From Clostridiales bacterium (GTDB lineage: Bacteria > Bacillota > Clostridia > HGM11327): a DNA stretch of 52,498 bases. The notes beneath the pieces are model-generated. The model saw only the letters and a list, made by a program, of their open reading frames with translations, was not told the origin of the DNA and made no database searches. The stretch lies in the NCBI GenBank assembly GCA_015056385.1, contig SVGI01000003.1:1-52498 (forward strand), read 5' to 3'. The translations under genes and the position numbers were made by a program. This document shows positions 28,717 to 36,212 of this stretch, one piece after another (the stretch's first letter is position 1; the number at the start of each line of letters is the position of its first letter).

Positions 28717-31700
28717 TTGTTAGAATTAAAAAATATCAAAAAGGATTACCCTGCCGGCAATACCGTAGTAAAGGCCCTTAAGGGTATATCAATACAGTTC
28801 CGTGAAAGTGAATTCGTATCTATATTGGGCCCATCAGGCTGCGGCAAGACCACTCTTCTTAATATAATAGGCGGCCTGGACAGCTATACAACGGGAGACC
28901 TTATAATCAATTCACGCTCCACAAAAGATTTTAAGGACAGGGACTGGGACGCATACCGCAACCATTCCGTAGGCTTTGTATTCCAGAGCTACAACCTTAT
29001 TCCTCATCAGTCTGTTCTCCAGAACGTGGAATTAGCCCTTTCTCTTTCCGGTGTTTCAAAGTCAGAGAGAAGAAAAAGAGCAAAGGCCGTGCTTGAGGAT
29101 GTTGGCCTCGGTGATCAGCTTTACAAAAAGCCCGCTGAAATGTCCGGCGGGCAGATGCAAAGGGTTGCTATTGCCCGCGCCCTTGTAAACGACCCTGATA
29201 TTATTCTTGCAGACGAGCCTACCGGCGCACTTGACACCCAGACAAGCATACAGGTAATGGATATACTTAAGGAAATATCCAAAAGCCGCCTTGTGGTTAT
29301 GGTAACCCACAACCCCGATATTGCTCAACAGTATTCCACAAGAATAATCCGTATGCTTGACGGCGAGATATTAAGTGATTCCGCTCCCCTTTCACCCGAG
29401 GAGCTTGCCGAGGTTAAAAAGGAAGCCCCTCTTCCCGCCAAAAAGCGCAGGCGTGAAAAGAAGCCCTCAATGTCCTTCTTTACCTCCTTTTCCCTTTCAC
29501 TTAAAAACCTCTTTACCAAAAAGGGAAGAACGGTGCTTACATCCTTTGCAGGAAGCATAGGTATAATAGGTATAGCCCTTATATTTGCCGTTTCACAGGG
29601 AATGACAACATATATAAACGCCGTTCAGGAGGACACCCTTTCCTCCTACCCCATAACTCTTGAGGCGCAGCATATGGATATGAGCTCCCTTCTTGAGGCG
29701 TTTATGGGTCAGGCATCCTCCAACACCGAGCACGGGGACGACAAGGTTTACCAGAAGCCCATGCTTTACAATATGGTAAGCGCTCTTAACTCTGCGGAAA
29801 AGGTAGAAAACGACCTTAAAACATTTAAGGACGTCCTTGAGCTTGAGCTTCAAAAAAGCCTTGAGGAATCCACACTTAAATCATCCCTTACAGGCGTACA
29901 GTACACCTACAACACAAATCTCCTGGTATATACCAAGGACCCCGACGGCACCGTAATATACTCCGACACCCAGAAGCTTCTTGAGGACCTTCTTATTGAG
30001 TATTTCGGTATGAGCCTTTCCTCCATGCTTAATATGGGTGAAACCTTTGGCTTTGCAACAGCCCCTACCGCAGGCTCCTCCGCAATTTTATGGCAGGAGA
30101 TGCTCGGCGGTGAGGGCGGAGACCTTATAAACCCCCTGCTTAAAAAGCAATACGACGTTATAGAGGGCTCATGGCCCAACCGCTACGACGAAATCGTCCT
30201 TGTGCTTGACGAAAAGAACGAGCTTGACGATATGACACTTTATGCCCTTGGCCTTTTATCCAAGGAGCATATGGACCTTCTTGCAGACGCGGCTATAAAC
30301 AAAACCCAGATAGACCTTACCATGAAGGAATGGTCATACCAAGAGATAATAAACAAGGATTTTATGGTTGTGCTTAATTCCGATTGCTACGTTCTCGACG
30401 AGGCAACGGGGCTTTACGCAGACTTAAGGGATTCCCAGGCAGGTATGAAATACCTTTACGATAACGGCTTAAGCTTAAGGGTTTCAGGTATTGTCCGCCC
30501 CAATAAAGAGGCTACCTCGGGAATGCTTACAGGCTCAATAGGCTATACAAAGGCTCTTACGGAGCACATCGTAAAGGCATCCCACGAAAGCGATGCAATA
30601 AAGGCGCAGCTTTCAAGCACCACCACCGACATATTCACAGGCCTTCCCTTTAAGGAAAACACGTCCAACCTTACGGTAGGGCAAAAGGCTGAGCTTTTCA
30701 GACTTCACGTTCAGAAGCTTAACGAAAGGCAAAAGGCCGAGGCATACACAACGATTATGTGTATCCCCCCTGCGGAATACCTTAACTCCTTCGTTTCCTC
30801 TTCATTAGACAAAATGAACAGGGAATCCATGGAAAAATTTATATCCATGGTGCTTTCACAGCAAATGAGCCTTAACGAAAAGGAGCTTATGGGCTATATT
30901 TCCTCTATGAATGACGACGACCTTACAGAACTTGTTGGGCAGGTGCTTCGTGAGCAGGGTAAAATGCAGTATGCCGCAGGTGTAAAGGCACAGCTTGCCT
31001 CCAAAACACCCCAAGAGCTTGCGGTTGCGTTTGATATGGCCCTTGGCACGTATACAAACGAGCAGTGCTCCGAATATTACGCTCACGTGCTTTCATTCTC
31101 CGAAAGCACATATGATGAAAACCTTGAAAAGCTTGGTTACGTGGACCTTGATTCACCCTCCAGCATAAACCTTTTCGCATCATCCTTTGAAAACAAGGAT
31201 TTTATAGAGGAGTTTATTGCGGATTACAATGCAGGTATCGACGACGAGCTTAAGAAAATAACCTACGTGGATTACATCGGTATTATGATGTCCTCCATTA
31301 CTATAATAATCAACGCAATCACCTACGTTCTAATAGCATTCGTTTCTATTTCTCTTGTGGTATCCTCTATTATGATAGGTGTTATCACCCTTATTTCCGT
31401 TCAGGAAAGAACAAAGGAAATAGGTATTCTTCGCGCAATAGGCGCCTCAAAGAAAAACGTTGCAAGAATGTTCAACGCAGAAACGCTTATTATAGGCTTT
31501 ACCTCAGGCGCCTTAGGCGTAGTTATAACCTATCTGCTGTGCATACCCATAAACCTTATACTGCACTATTTCACAGGTATAGATAATCTTAACGCAATAT
31601 TGCCCGTTGAGGTAGGTGTTATATTAGTTGCAATAAGCATGCTTCTTACACTTTTTGCAGGCATTATCCCCTCAAGAAGCGCCGCAAAGAAGGACCCTGT

Positions 31701-31722
31701 GGTTGCCTTGAGGAGCGAGTGA
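28717..31722 (+). CDS. Fused ABC transporter ATP-binding protein / MacB-FtsX-type permease with a very large extracytoplasmic domain
   Basis: The N-terminal NBD has [24 protein letters not shown] and [14 protein letters not shown] lies near aa 275-295, followed by a roughly 570-aa soluble region and a C-terminal FtsX-type 3-TM module ([18 protein letters not shown] ... [17 protein letters not shown]). It starts at a TTG after AAAGGAG. Confidence 0.85.
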   Translation: MLELKNIKKDYPAGNTVVKALKGISIQFRESEFVSILGPSGCGKTTLLNIIGGLDSYTTGDLIINSRSTKDFKDRDWDAYRNHSVGFVFQSYNLIPHQSVLQNVELALSLSGVSKSERRKRAKAVLEDVGLGDQLYKKPAEMSGGQMQRVAIARALVNDPDIILADEPTGALDTQTSIQVMDILKEISKSRLVVMVTHNPDIAQQYSTRIIRMLDGEILSDSAPLSPEELAEVKKEAPLPAKKRRREKKPSMSFFTSFSLSLKNLFTKKGRTVLTSFAGSIGIIGIALIFAVSQGMTTYINAVQEDTLSSYPITLEAQHMDMSSLLEAFMGQASSNTEHGDDKVYQKPMLYNMVSALNSAEKVENDLKTFKDVLELELQKSLEESTLKSSLTGVQYTYNTNLLVYTKDPDGTVIYSDTQKLLEDLLIEYFGMSLSSMLNMGETFGFATAPTAGSSAILWQEMLGGEGGDLINPLLKKQYDVIEGSWPNRYDEIVLVLDEKNELDDMTLYALGLLSKEHMDLLADAAINKTQIDLTMKEWSYQEIINKDFMVVLNSDCYVLDEATGLYADLRDSQAGMKYLYDNGLSLRVSGIVRPNKEATSGMLTGSIGYTKALTEHIVKASHESDAIKAQLSSTTTDIFTGLPFKENTSNLTVGQKAELFRLHVQKLNERQKAEAYTTIMCIPPAEYLNSFVSSSLDKMNRESMEKFISMVLSQQMSLNEKELMGYISSMNDDDLTELVGQVLREQGKMQYAAGVKAQLASKTPQELAVAFDMALGTYTNEQCSEYYAHVLSFSESTYDENLEKLGYVDLDSPSSINLFASSFENKDFIEEFIADYNAGIDDELKKITYVDYIGIMMSSITIIINAITYVLIAFVSISLVVSSIMIGVITLISVQERTKEIGILRAIGASKKNVARMFNAETLIIGFTSGALGVVITYLLCIPINLILHYFTGIDNLNAILPVEVGVILVAISMLLTLFAGIIPSRSAAKKDPVVALRSE

Positions 31723-31740
31723 GTTTAACCCTCAGATTAA

Positions 31741-31773
31741 CAAAGCCTCCCTGTACAGGGAGGCTTTGTTGTT
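31741..31773 (+). terminator. Intrinsic terminator of the fused ABC transporter gene
   Basis: CAAAGCCTCCC (31741-31751), loop tgtaca, GGGAGGCTTTG (31758-31768), then TTGTT. Confidence 0.8.
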
Positions 31774-32066
31774 GGGTAGATAACAGATACGGTAATTACA
31801 AACCACGAAGCGGATGAAAGGGTGAGTAATAGGTAAGAAGTAACAGGTAACAGGTATGTAGGGCGGGGGCTTGCTCCCGCCGTTATATATGGGGCTTTAC
31901 TACTATCCCTCTTGCCTTATTAAAGAGGAGCCTTTGGGTTGTGTTTATTATAGGTACAGTAATTACAAGACACAAATCTTGGCTCCCCCTTTGGGGGAGC
32001 TCCCGCTTTAGCGGGTGAGAGGGTTATAAATATTCTATAGTTTTTACCCTCTCCTGTTTTGCCGCA

Positions 32067-32099
32067 GTTAATCTTATTAACGCGATTAATCTTATTAAC
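32067..32099. repeat. Tandem duplicated palindrome (TTAATCTTATTAAC, two copies, 18-nt period)
   Basis: The 14-mers at 32068-32081 and 32086-32099 are identical. Each contains the inverted half-sites TTAAT and ATTAA. Confidence 0.7.
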
Positions 32100-32307
32100 C
32101 GCCAGGCAATAACTAACCTCCCCCAGAGTGGGAGGCAAGGCTGTAGGGGGAAAAAGAAACCCGCCCTTGTAGGGCGGGTGGTTTTTCATTTTCAGGCATA
32201 GCCCCAACCACTACTGGCAACGCACAAGTGCGTTTATTTTTGGCCTGCCAGCCATGCAATTATTACTTACTACCCATAAACGGGTTCGCTCTAAATTTAT
32301 CATACAT

Positions 32308-32488
32308 TGTAGGGACCGGCGTCCTCGACGGTCCTTTTTAGGCGTTTTTTACACAATCGTATGAGTATAGACTCGGCTTGAACAAAACAAATTCTGCTTT
32401 TTATTCAATCATACCCTAACATATTTTGTATGTCCAAATATTTGCTTTATCCCTTGCTTTTGGACCGTCGAGGACGCCGGTCCCTACA
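32308..32488. repeat. Perfect 27-bp inverted repeat flanking a 127-bp AT-rich core (REPIN-like doublet, or a candidate invertible or long-hairpin element)
   Basis: TGTAGGGACCGGCGTCCTCGACGGTCC (32308-32334) is the exact reverse complement of 32462-32488. Each arm can also fold on itself (GGACCG...CGGTCC). Confidence 0.8.
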
Positions 32489-32532
32489 GACACATATTTT
32501 ATTACACCTTATCACTTGTTTTTTTGTTTTCT

Positions 32533-32583
32533 CATCGGTTAACCTCTTTTGAACTGTACTACTATCGCGTGGTTTTCTGTATA
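32533..32583. repeat. Dispersed 51-nt element, copy B (left hairpin arm degenerate)
   Basis: 44/51 nt are identical to 71-121. Five of the seven mismatches fall in the left arm of the hairpin. Confidence 0.6.
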
Positions 32584-32615
32584 TAATAAAGGCACCTGGT
32601 TAAATCAAGTGCCTT
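32581..32615 (-). terminator. Intrinsic terminator after the yerC-like gene
   Basis: The minus strand reads AAGGCAC-ttgatttaaccag-GTGCCTT followed by TATTATAT. Confidence 0.6.
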
Positions 32616-32623
32616 ACTGCTTA

Positions 32624-32872
32624 TCACAAAAATTTCTTATACCCCTCGCCGTATTTAAGGGCCGTGGATACTCTTGAAAGTGTTGTTGAGGATATTCCCG
32701 TTTTCTTTATTATGCTTTCGTAGGTTTCACCGTTTTTCAAAAGCCTGCCTGCGTTGATGCGCTGGGACATTGAGGCAAGCTCCTTTTTCGTGCATAAATC
32801 ATCAAAAAATGCCTTTACGTCCTCTACGTTATCAAGGCTTACTATAATTTCAAACAATTCCTGATGCTCCAT
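32624..32872 (-). CDS. YerC/YecD family TrpR-like protein
   Basis: FFDDLCTKKEL.SMSQR and GETYESIIKKTGISSTTLSRVSTALKYG form a TrpR-like HTH. The start was set at the ATG at 32872 after GGAGGG. The ORF track starts at the GTG at 32881. Confidence 0.82.
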   Translation of the reverse strand: MEHQELFEIIVSLDNVEDVKAFFDDLCTKKELASMSQRINAGRLLKNGETYESIIKKTGISSTTLSRVSTALKYGEGYKKFL

Positions 32873-32873
32873 A

Positions 32874-33728
32874 TCACACACCCTCCCTGCCGGATATATT
32901 TGAAAGGAAATGGGTTAAGCGCTCTGATGATACCTGTGAGAAAATCTCATCAGGTGTACCCTGTGCCTCTACAACGCCGTCTGCCATAAATATTATCTTA
33001 TCCGAAACATTTCTGGCAAATTCCATTTCGTGGGTTACTATTATCATTGTTCTGTCCTTGCCCTTAAGGGAGCGTATTACCTTAAGCACCTCGCCTGTAA
33101 GCTCCGGGTCAAGTGCGCTTGTAGGCTCGTCAAAGCAAAGCACCTTTGGGTTTAATGCAAGAGCCCTTGCAATAGCAACCCTCTGGCATTGGCCGCCTGA
33201 AAGCTGGCAGGGGTACGCCTCTGCCTTATCCTCAAGGCCAACGGCCCTTAAAAGCTCTATTGCGTTTTCCTCTATTTTTCCCCTTTGATTAGCCTTAAAT
33301 TCACTTACCCTTATACGCCTTTCCCTTGAGGTAAGTGTTTTATCACCTTTAAGCTCCTTTTCAAATGCCTTTATATTCTCCTTAAGTAAAAGGGTCGGGG
33401 CAAGAGTTATATTTTTGATAACCGTATATTGGGGAAAAAGGTTGAAGGACTGGAATACAAGCCCGAAATTGAGCATCTTTTTTCTTATTGCACGCTCGTT
33501 TTCCTTTTTACCGCCTTCTGAGCTTATAAGTGTTTCACCGTCTAACACCATAACGCCGTTATCCACAGCTTCAAGAAAGTTTATGCAGCGCAGAAGTGTT
33601 GTTTTACCGCTTCCCGATGAGCCGATTACGGATAAAACCTCGCCCTTTTCAAGAGAAACGTCTACACCCTTAAGAACGTTTATATCGCCGAATGATTTTT
33701 GAAAGCCTTTTATTTCAAGAAATGCCAT
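32874..33728 (-). CDS. Amino acid ABC transporter ATP-binding protein (with an approximately 25-aa insertion)
   Basis: [30 protein letters not shown] and LCFDEPTSALDPE are present. There is extra sequence between the Q-loop and the signature motif compared with GlnQ-type proteins as I recall them. Confidence 0.9.
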   Translation of the reverse strand: MAFLEIKGFQKSFGDINVLKGVDVSLEKGEVLSVIGSSGSGKTTLLRCINFLEAVDNGVMVLDGETLISSEGGKKENERAIRKKMLNFGLVFQSFNLFPQYTVIKNITLAPTLLLKENIKAFEKELKGDKTLTSRERRIRVSEFKANQRGKIEENAIELLRAVGLEDKAEAYPCQLSGGQCQRVAIARALALNPKVLCFDEPTSALDPELTGEVLKVIRSLKGKDRTMIIVTHEMEFARNVSDKIIFMADGVVEAQGTPDEIFSQVSSERLTHFLSNISGREGV

Positions 33729-33733
33729 AGCCG

Positions 33734-34420
33734 TTACTCCTTATAGAATGACATTTTCTTTTCTATGTACCCGAAAAGCAACGTCAAAGCGCCATTAAAC
33801 ACAAGGAAAAATATACCTGCATACACAAGGGGAGAAAGCGTAACGTAAACGTTTACAGCATCCTTGGCGGCGGTAAGCAAATCCACTACGCTTAATGTAA
33901 ATGCAAGAACAGTATCCTTTACAAGAGTTATTGTTTCGTTACTCATAGGAGGAACAATTCTCTTTAACACCTGAAACAATACTACCTTGGAGAATATCTG
34001 CCTTTTTGTCATTCCCAATACCTTGCCTGCCTCATACTGACCCTTGGGTATAGATTCAATACCGGAGCGGTAAATTTCTGAAAAATAGCAGGCGTAATTT
34101 ATAACGAAGGCTATAATTACAAACACAAAGGACATCTGGCTAACAGAAAAGCCAAGGGCGTTTGCCCAGATTTTTACTGTTGAGCCAAATACGTATTTAG
34201 GCAAAAAGGATACAAGAAGTATCTGGAGCATAAGAGGTGTACCTCTTATTATCCACACAAAGCCCTTTGTAAGATATTTAATAGGCCTGAATTTCGCCAT
34301 AGAGCCAAATGTTATTAAAAGCCCAAGGGGGATAGCCATTACCAGGGTTAAAATAAACAAAAGGCAGGTATTGCCAAAGCCTGTTATAAGGCTTCGCATT
34401 ATTGCTTCAAATTCACTCAT
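33734..34420 (-). CDS. Amino acid ABC transporter permease (His/Glu/Gln/Arg/opine family)
   Basis: It is a polytopic protein with an EAA-like loop (GQYEAGKVLGMTKRQIFSKVVLFQVLKRIVPPMSNE). Confidence 0.9.
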   Translation of the reverse strand: MSEFEAIMRSLITGFGNTCLLFILTLVMAIPLGLLITFGSMAKFRPIKYLTKGFVWIIRGTPLMLQILLVSFLPKYVFGSTVKIWANALGFSVSQMSFVFVIIAFVINYACYFSEIYRSGIESIPKGQYEAGKVLGMTKRQIFSKVVLFQVLKRIVPPMSNETITLVKDTVLAFTLSVVDLLTAAKDAVNVYVTLSPLVYAGIFFLVFNGALTLLFGYIEKKMSFYKE

Positions 34421-34493
34421 AAAGTTTCCTTATAATAATTAAAATGCGCCGATAAGTACAGCCTATCGGCGCAAAGCTTATTTTGTGTTCTTA

Positions 34494-35360
34494 TTACTTA
34501 TCTGCAACTACGCCTTCACCTGCGGAGCCTGCTTCAACGCCGATAACTGCGTCTGCAAAGCTTGCTATATCTGAATACTCCCCAACCTTATCTGCTGCTA
34601 CAACTGCAACCTGCTTGTTGTAGAGGTAAGGAATGGAAATGCACATATCACTTGCAAGCTGGGGTGTAATTGTCATACCGTTCCAAACAAGGTCGATAGT
34701 GCCGTTTTCAAGGAGAGCCTCCTTGCTATTCCAGTCGATAATTGCAAATTCGATAGCAAGGTCAAGCTCGTATGCTGTGTTGATATATGCGATTGCGCTC
34801 TTTGCAAGCTCGATATCGAAGCCAACAAGGTTTTCTACTGTCTGCTCACCGTTGTAATATGCGATAGGAGCAAATATTGTTATACCGATAACAACCTTGC
34901 CTGATGTTTTGATTGCCTCCCAGCTGTTGTCTGTTGCATCTGCGTATGTATCCTCTGCATCATCCTTAATTGCAAGGCTTTCTGTAAGGCCGTATTCCTC
35001 AGCAATTTCATCTACCATGCCAAGAGCTGTAAGGCCGATAAGCGCTTCGTTTATCTTTGACATAAATGCCTTATCTTCTTTTCTGCCTGCAATACCGTAT
35101 TCCTCCTGGGCAAGAACGAGGTTGGGAACTATAGCAATTTTACCTGCGTAATCACCTGTGGCTGCGTAGTAGCCTGCCATAACAGAGTCGATAACAACTG
35201 CGTCTACCGTGCCCGCATCAAGCTGAACAACTGCATCCAGCTGTGATTTGTATTTGAGCATTTCCTTGCCCATTTTGAGGTTTTGTGTGCATCCTGTCAA
35301 TCCTAACGTTGCAGTTATCATCATAACTACAACAAGTGCAACAATCAATGTCTTTTTCAT
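34494..35360 (-). CDS. Amino acid ABC transporter substrate-binding lipoprotein (SBP family 3), apparently circularly permuted
   Basis: It has a signal peptide and a lipobox (LTGC). SBP_bac_3-like segments are present but in swapped order (see findings). Confidence 0.8.
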   Translation of the reverse strand: MKKTLIVALVVVMMITATLGLTGCTQNLKMGKEMLKYKSQLDAVVQLDAGTVDAVVIDSVMAGYYAATGDYAGKIAIVPNLVLAQEEYGIAGRKEDKAFMSKINEALIGLTALGMVDEIAEEYGLTESLAIKDDAEDTYADATDNSWEAIKTSGKVVIGITIFAPIAYYNGEQTVENLVGFDIELAKSAIAYINTAYELDLAIEFAIIDWNSKEALLENGTIDLVWNGMTITPQLASDMCISIPYLYNKQVAVVAADKVGEYSDIASFADAVIGVEAGSAGEGVVADK

Positions 35361-35423
35361 TTTTTATCTCCCATATTTTATAAGTTTGCTTTATCACTTT
35401 AGTTTGGTAAAGCAACAAGTGGT

Positions 35424-35452
35424 ATTATACAACAAGTCGCGAAGTATGTAAA
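35424..35452 (-). promoter_or_regulatory. Candidate sigma-A promoter of the amino-acid ABC operon
   Basis: On the minus strand: TTTACA (35447-35452), a 17-nt spacer, then TATAAT (35424-35429). Confidence 0.6.
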
Positions 35453-35501
35453 GGGGGTTTTCACTATTTTTTTGCTTTTTTTGAAAAAAATTTTTGGGAA
35501 T

Positions 35502-35530
35502 AAAAAAAGTGTGCGAGTATACTCACACAC
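35502..35530 (-). terminator. Intrinsic terminator after the ECF S-component gene (overlaps its stop codon)
   Basis: The minus strand reads GTGTGTGAGTA/TACTCGCACAC followed by TTTTTTT. Confidence 0.7.
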
Positions 35531-36209
35531 CGTACTTTATTTTTACTCTTTCAAGCTTTCTGCCAAAGGGGCCTGCAAACAGCATCAGAAACACCGCATT
35601 GGAAGCACAGTACAACGCCGTATACGGCAGCGCCGTAATAAACATTGCCCAGTACATCTGCCACGAAAACACGCCGTTTACGGAAAGTACAGTCCACACG
35701 TCCATAAGGCCGGAATATACAACGCCTGCAAGTACTCCGTATATTCCAAGCAGCACCCTTGAGCGCTTAAGAGGGAGGCTTAAAAGCCCTGCTATAAGCC
35801 CCACCATACCCCATGCAAACATCTGAAAGGGTGTCCAGGGGCCCTGTCCGAAATAAAAGTTTGATATAAGCGCCGCAAGAGCGCCTGTTAAAAAGCCTGC
35901 CTCGCCGCCTAAATATATTGCGGTGATAACTGTAATTGCCGTAATAGGCTTGAAGAACGGTATAAATCTGCCTACAACACACAGCGCCACCATAACGGAT
36001 ATAATCACAAGGCGCCGTGAGCCTGTTTTTTTCTCCTCGAAGCCCGTTATAAAAAGCACCAGAGAAAACACAACAACTCCAAGAGAAATAAGAAGGTATC
36101 TCTTCCCTTTGAATACTATTGCTCCAAGGATTATTAAAACGGGAATTATTATAAGAGGAATAAGGTATCTTAATACCCCCCTTGCCCTTTCATTTTTTAT
36201 TGTAAGCAT
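35523..36209 (-). CDS. ECF transporter S component, predicted cobalamin/corrinoid specificity from operon context
   Basis: A roughly 6-TM, 228-aa protein that is the last gene of an operon with EcfT and EcfA-A' under a cobalamin riboswitch. Confidence 0.7.
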   Translation of the reverse strand: MLTIKNERARGVLRYLIPLIIIPVLIILGAIVFKGKRYLLISLGVVVFSLVLFITGFEEKKTGSRRLVIISVMVALCVVGRFIPFFKPITAITVITAIYLGGEAGFLTGALAALISNFYFGQGPWTPFQMFAWGMVGLIAGLLSLPLKRSRVLLGIYGVLAGVVYSGLMDVWTVLSVNGVFSWQMYWAMFITALPYTALYCASNAVFLMLFAGPFGRKLERVKIKYGV

Positions 36210-36212
36210 ATA

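Larger units (their letters stand above)
31857..32488. repeat. Cluster of GC-rich hairpin repeats with a shared TGTAGGG head (REP/REPIN-like)
   Basis: TGTAGGG occurs at 31857, 32142, 32168 and 32308 on the plus strand and at 32488-32482 on the minus strand. The 11-mer TGTAGGGCGGG is identical at 31857 and 32168. Hairpins lie at 31862-31881, 31982-32000, 32002-32015, 32017-32053, 32117-32135 and 32159-32179. Confidence 0.6.

Noticed and set aside
31920-32207. A 95-aa minus-strand ORF (MGLCLKMKNHPPYKGGFLFPP...) inside the large non-coding gap
   Set aside because: It is read straight through the GC hairpins, which produces Pro/Gly/Lys-rich low-complexity peptides such as SPAKAGAPPKGEP. It has no RBS and its composition is dictated by palindromes. 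It is most likely a spurious ORF generated by repeat sequence.
31774-32300. Possible CRISPR array, because of the recurring short repeats
   Set aside because: The repeats are of different lengths and sequences, and the spacing is irregular. The only true tandem (32068-32099) has two 14-nt copies with a 4-nt spacer. No cas genes are present in the window.
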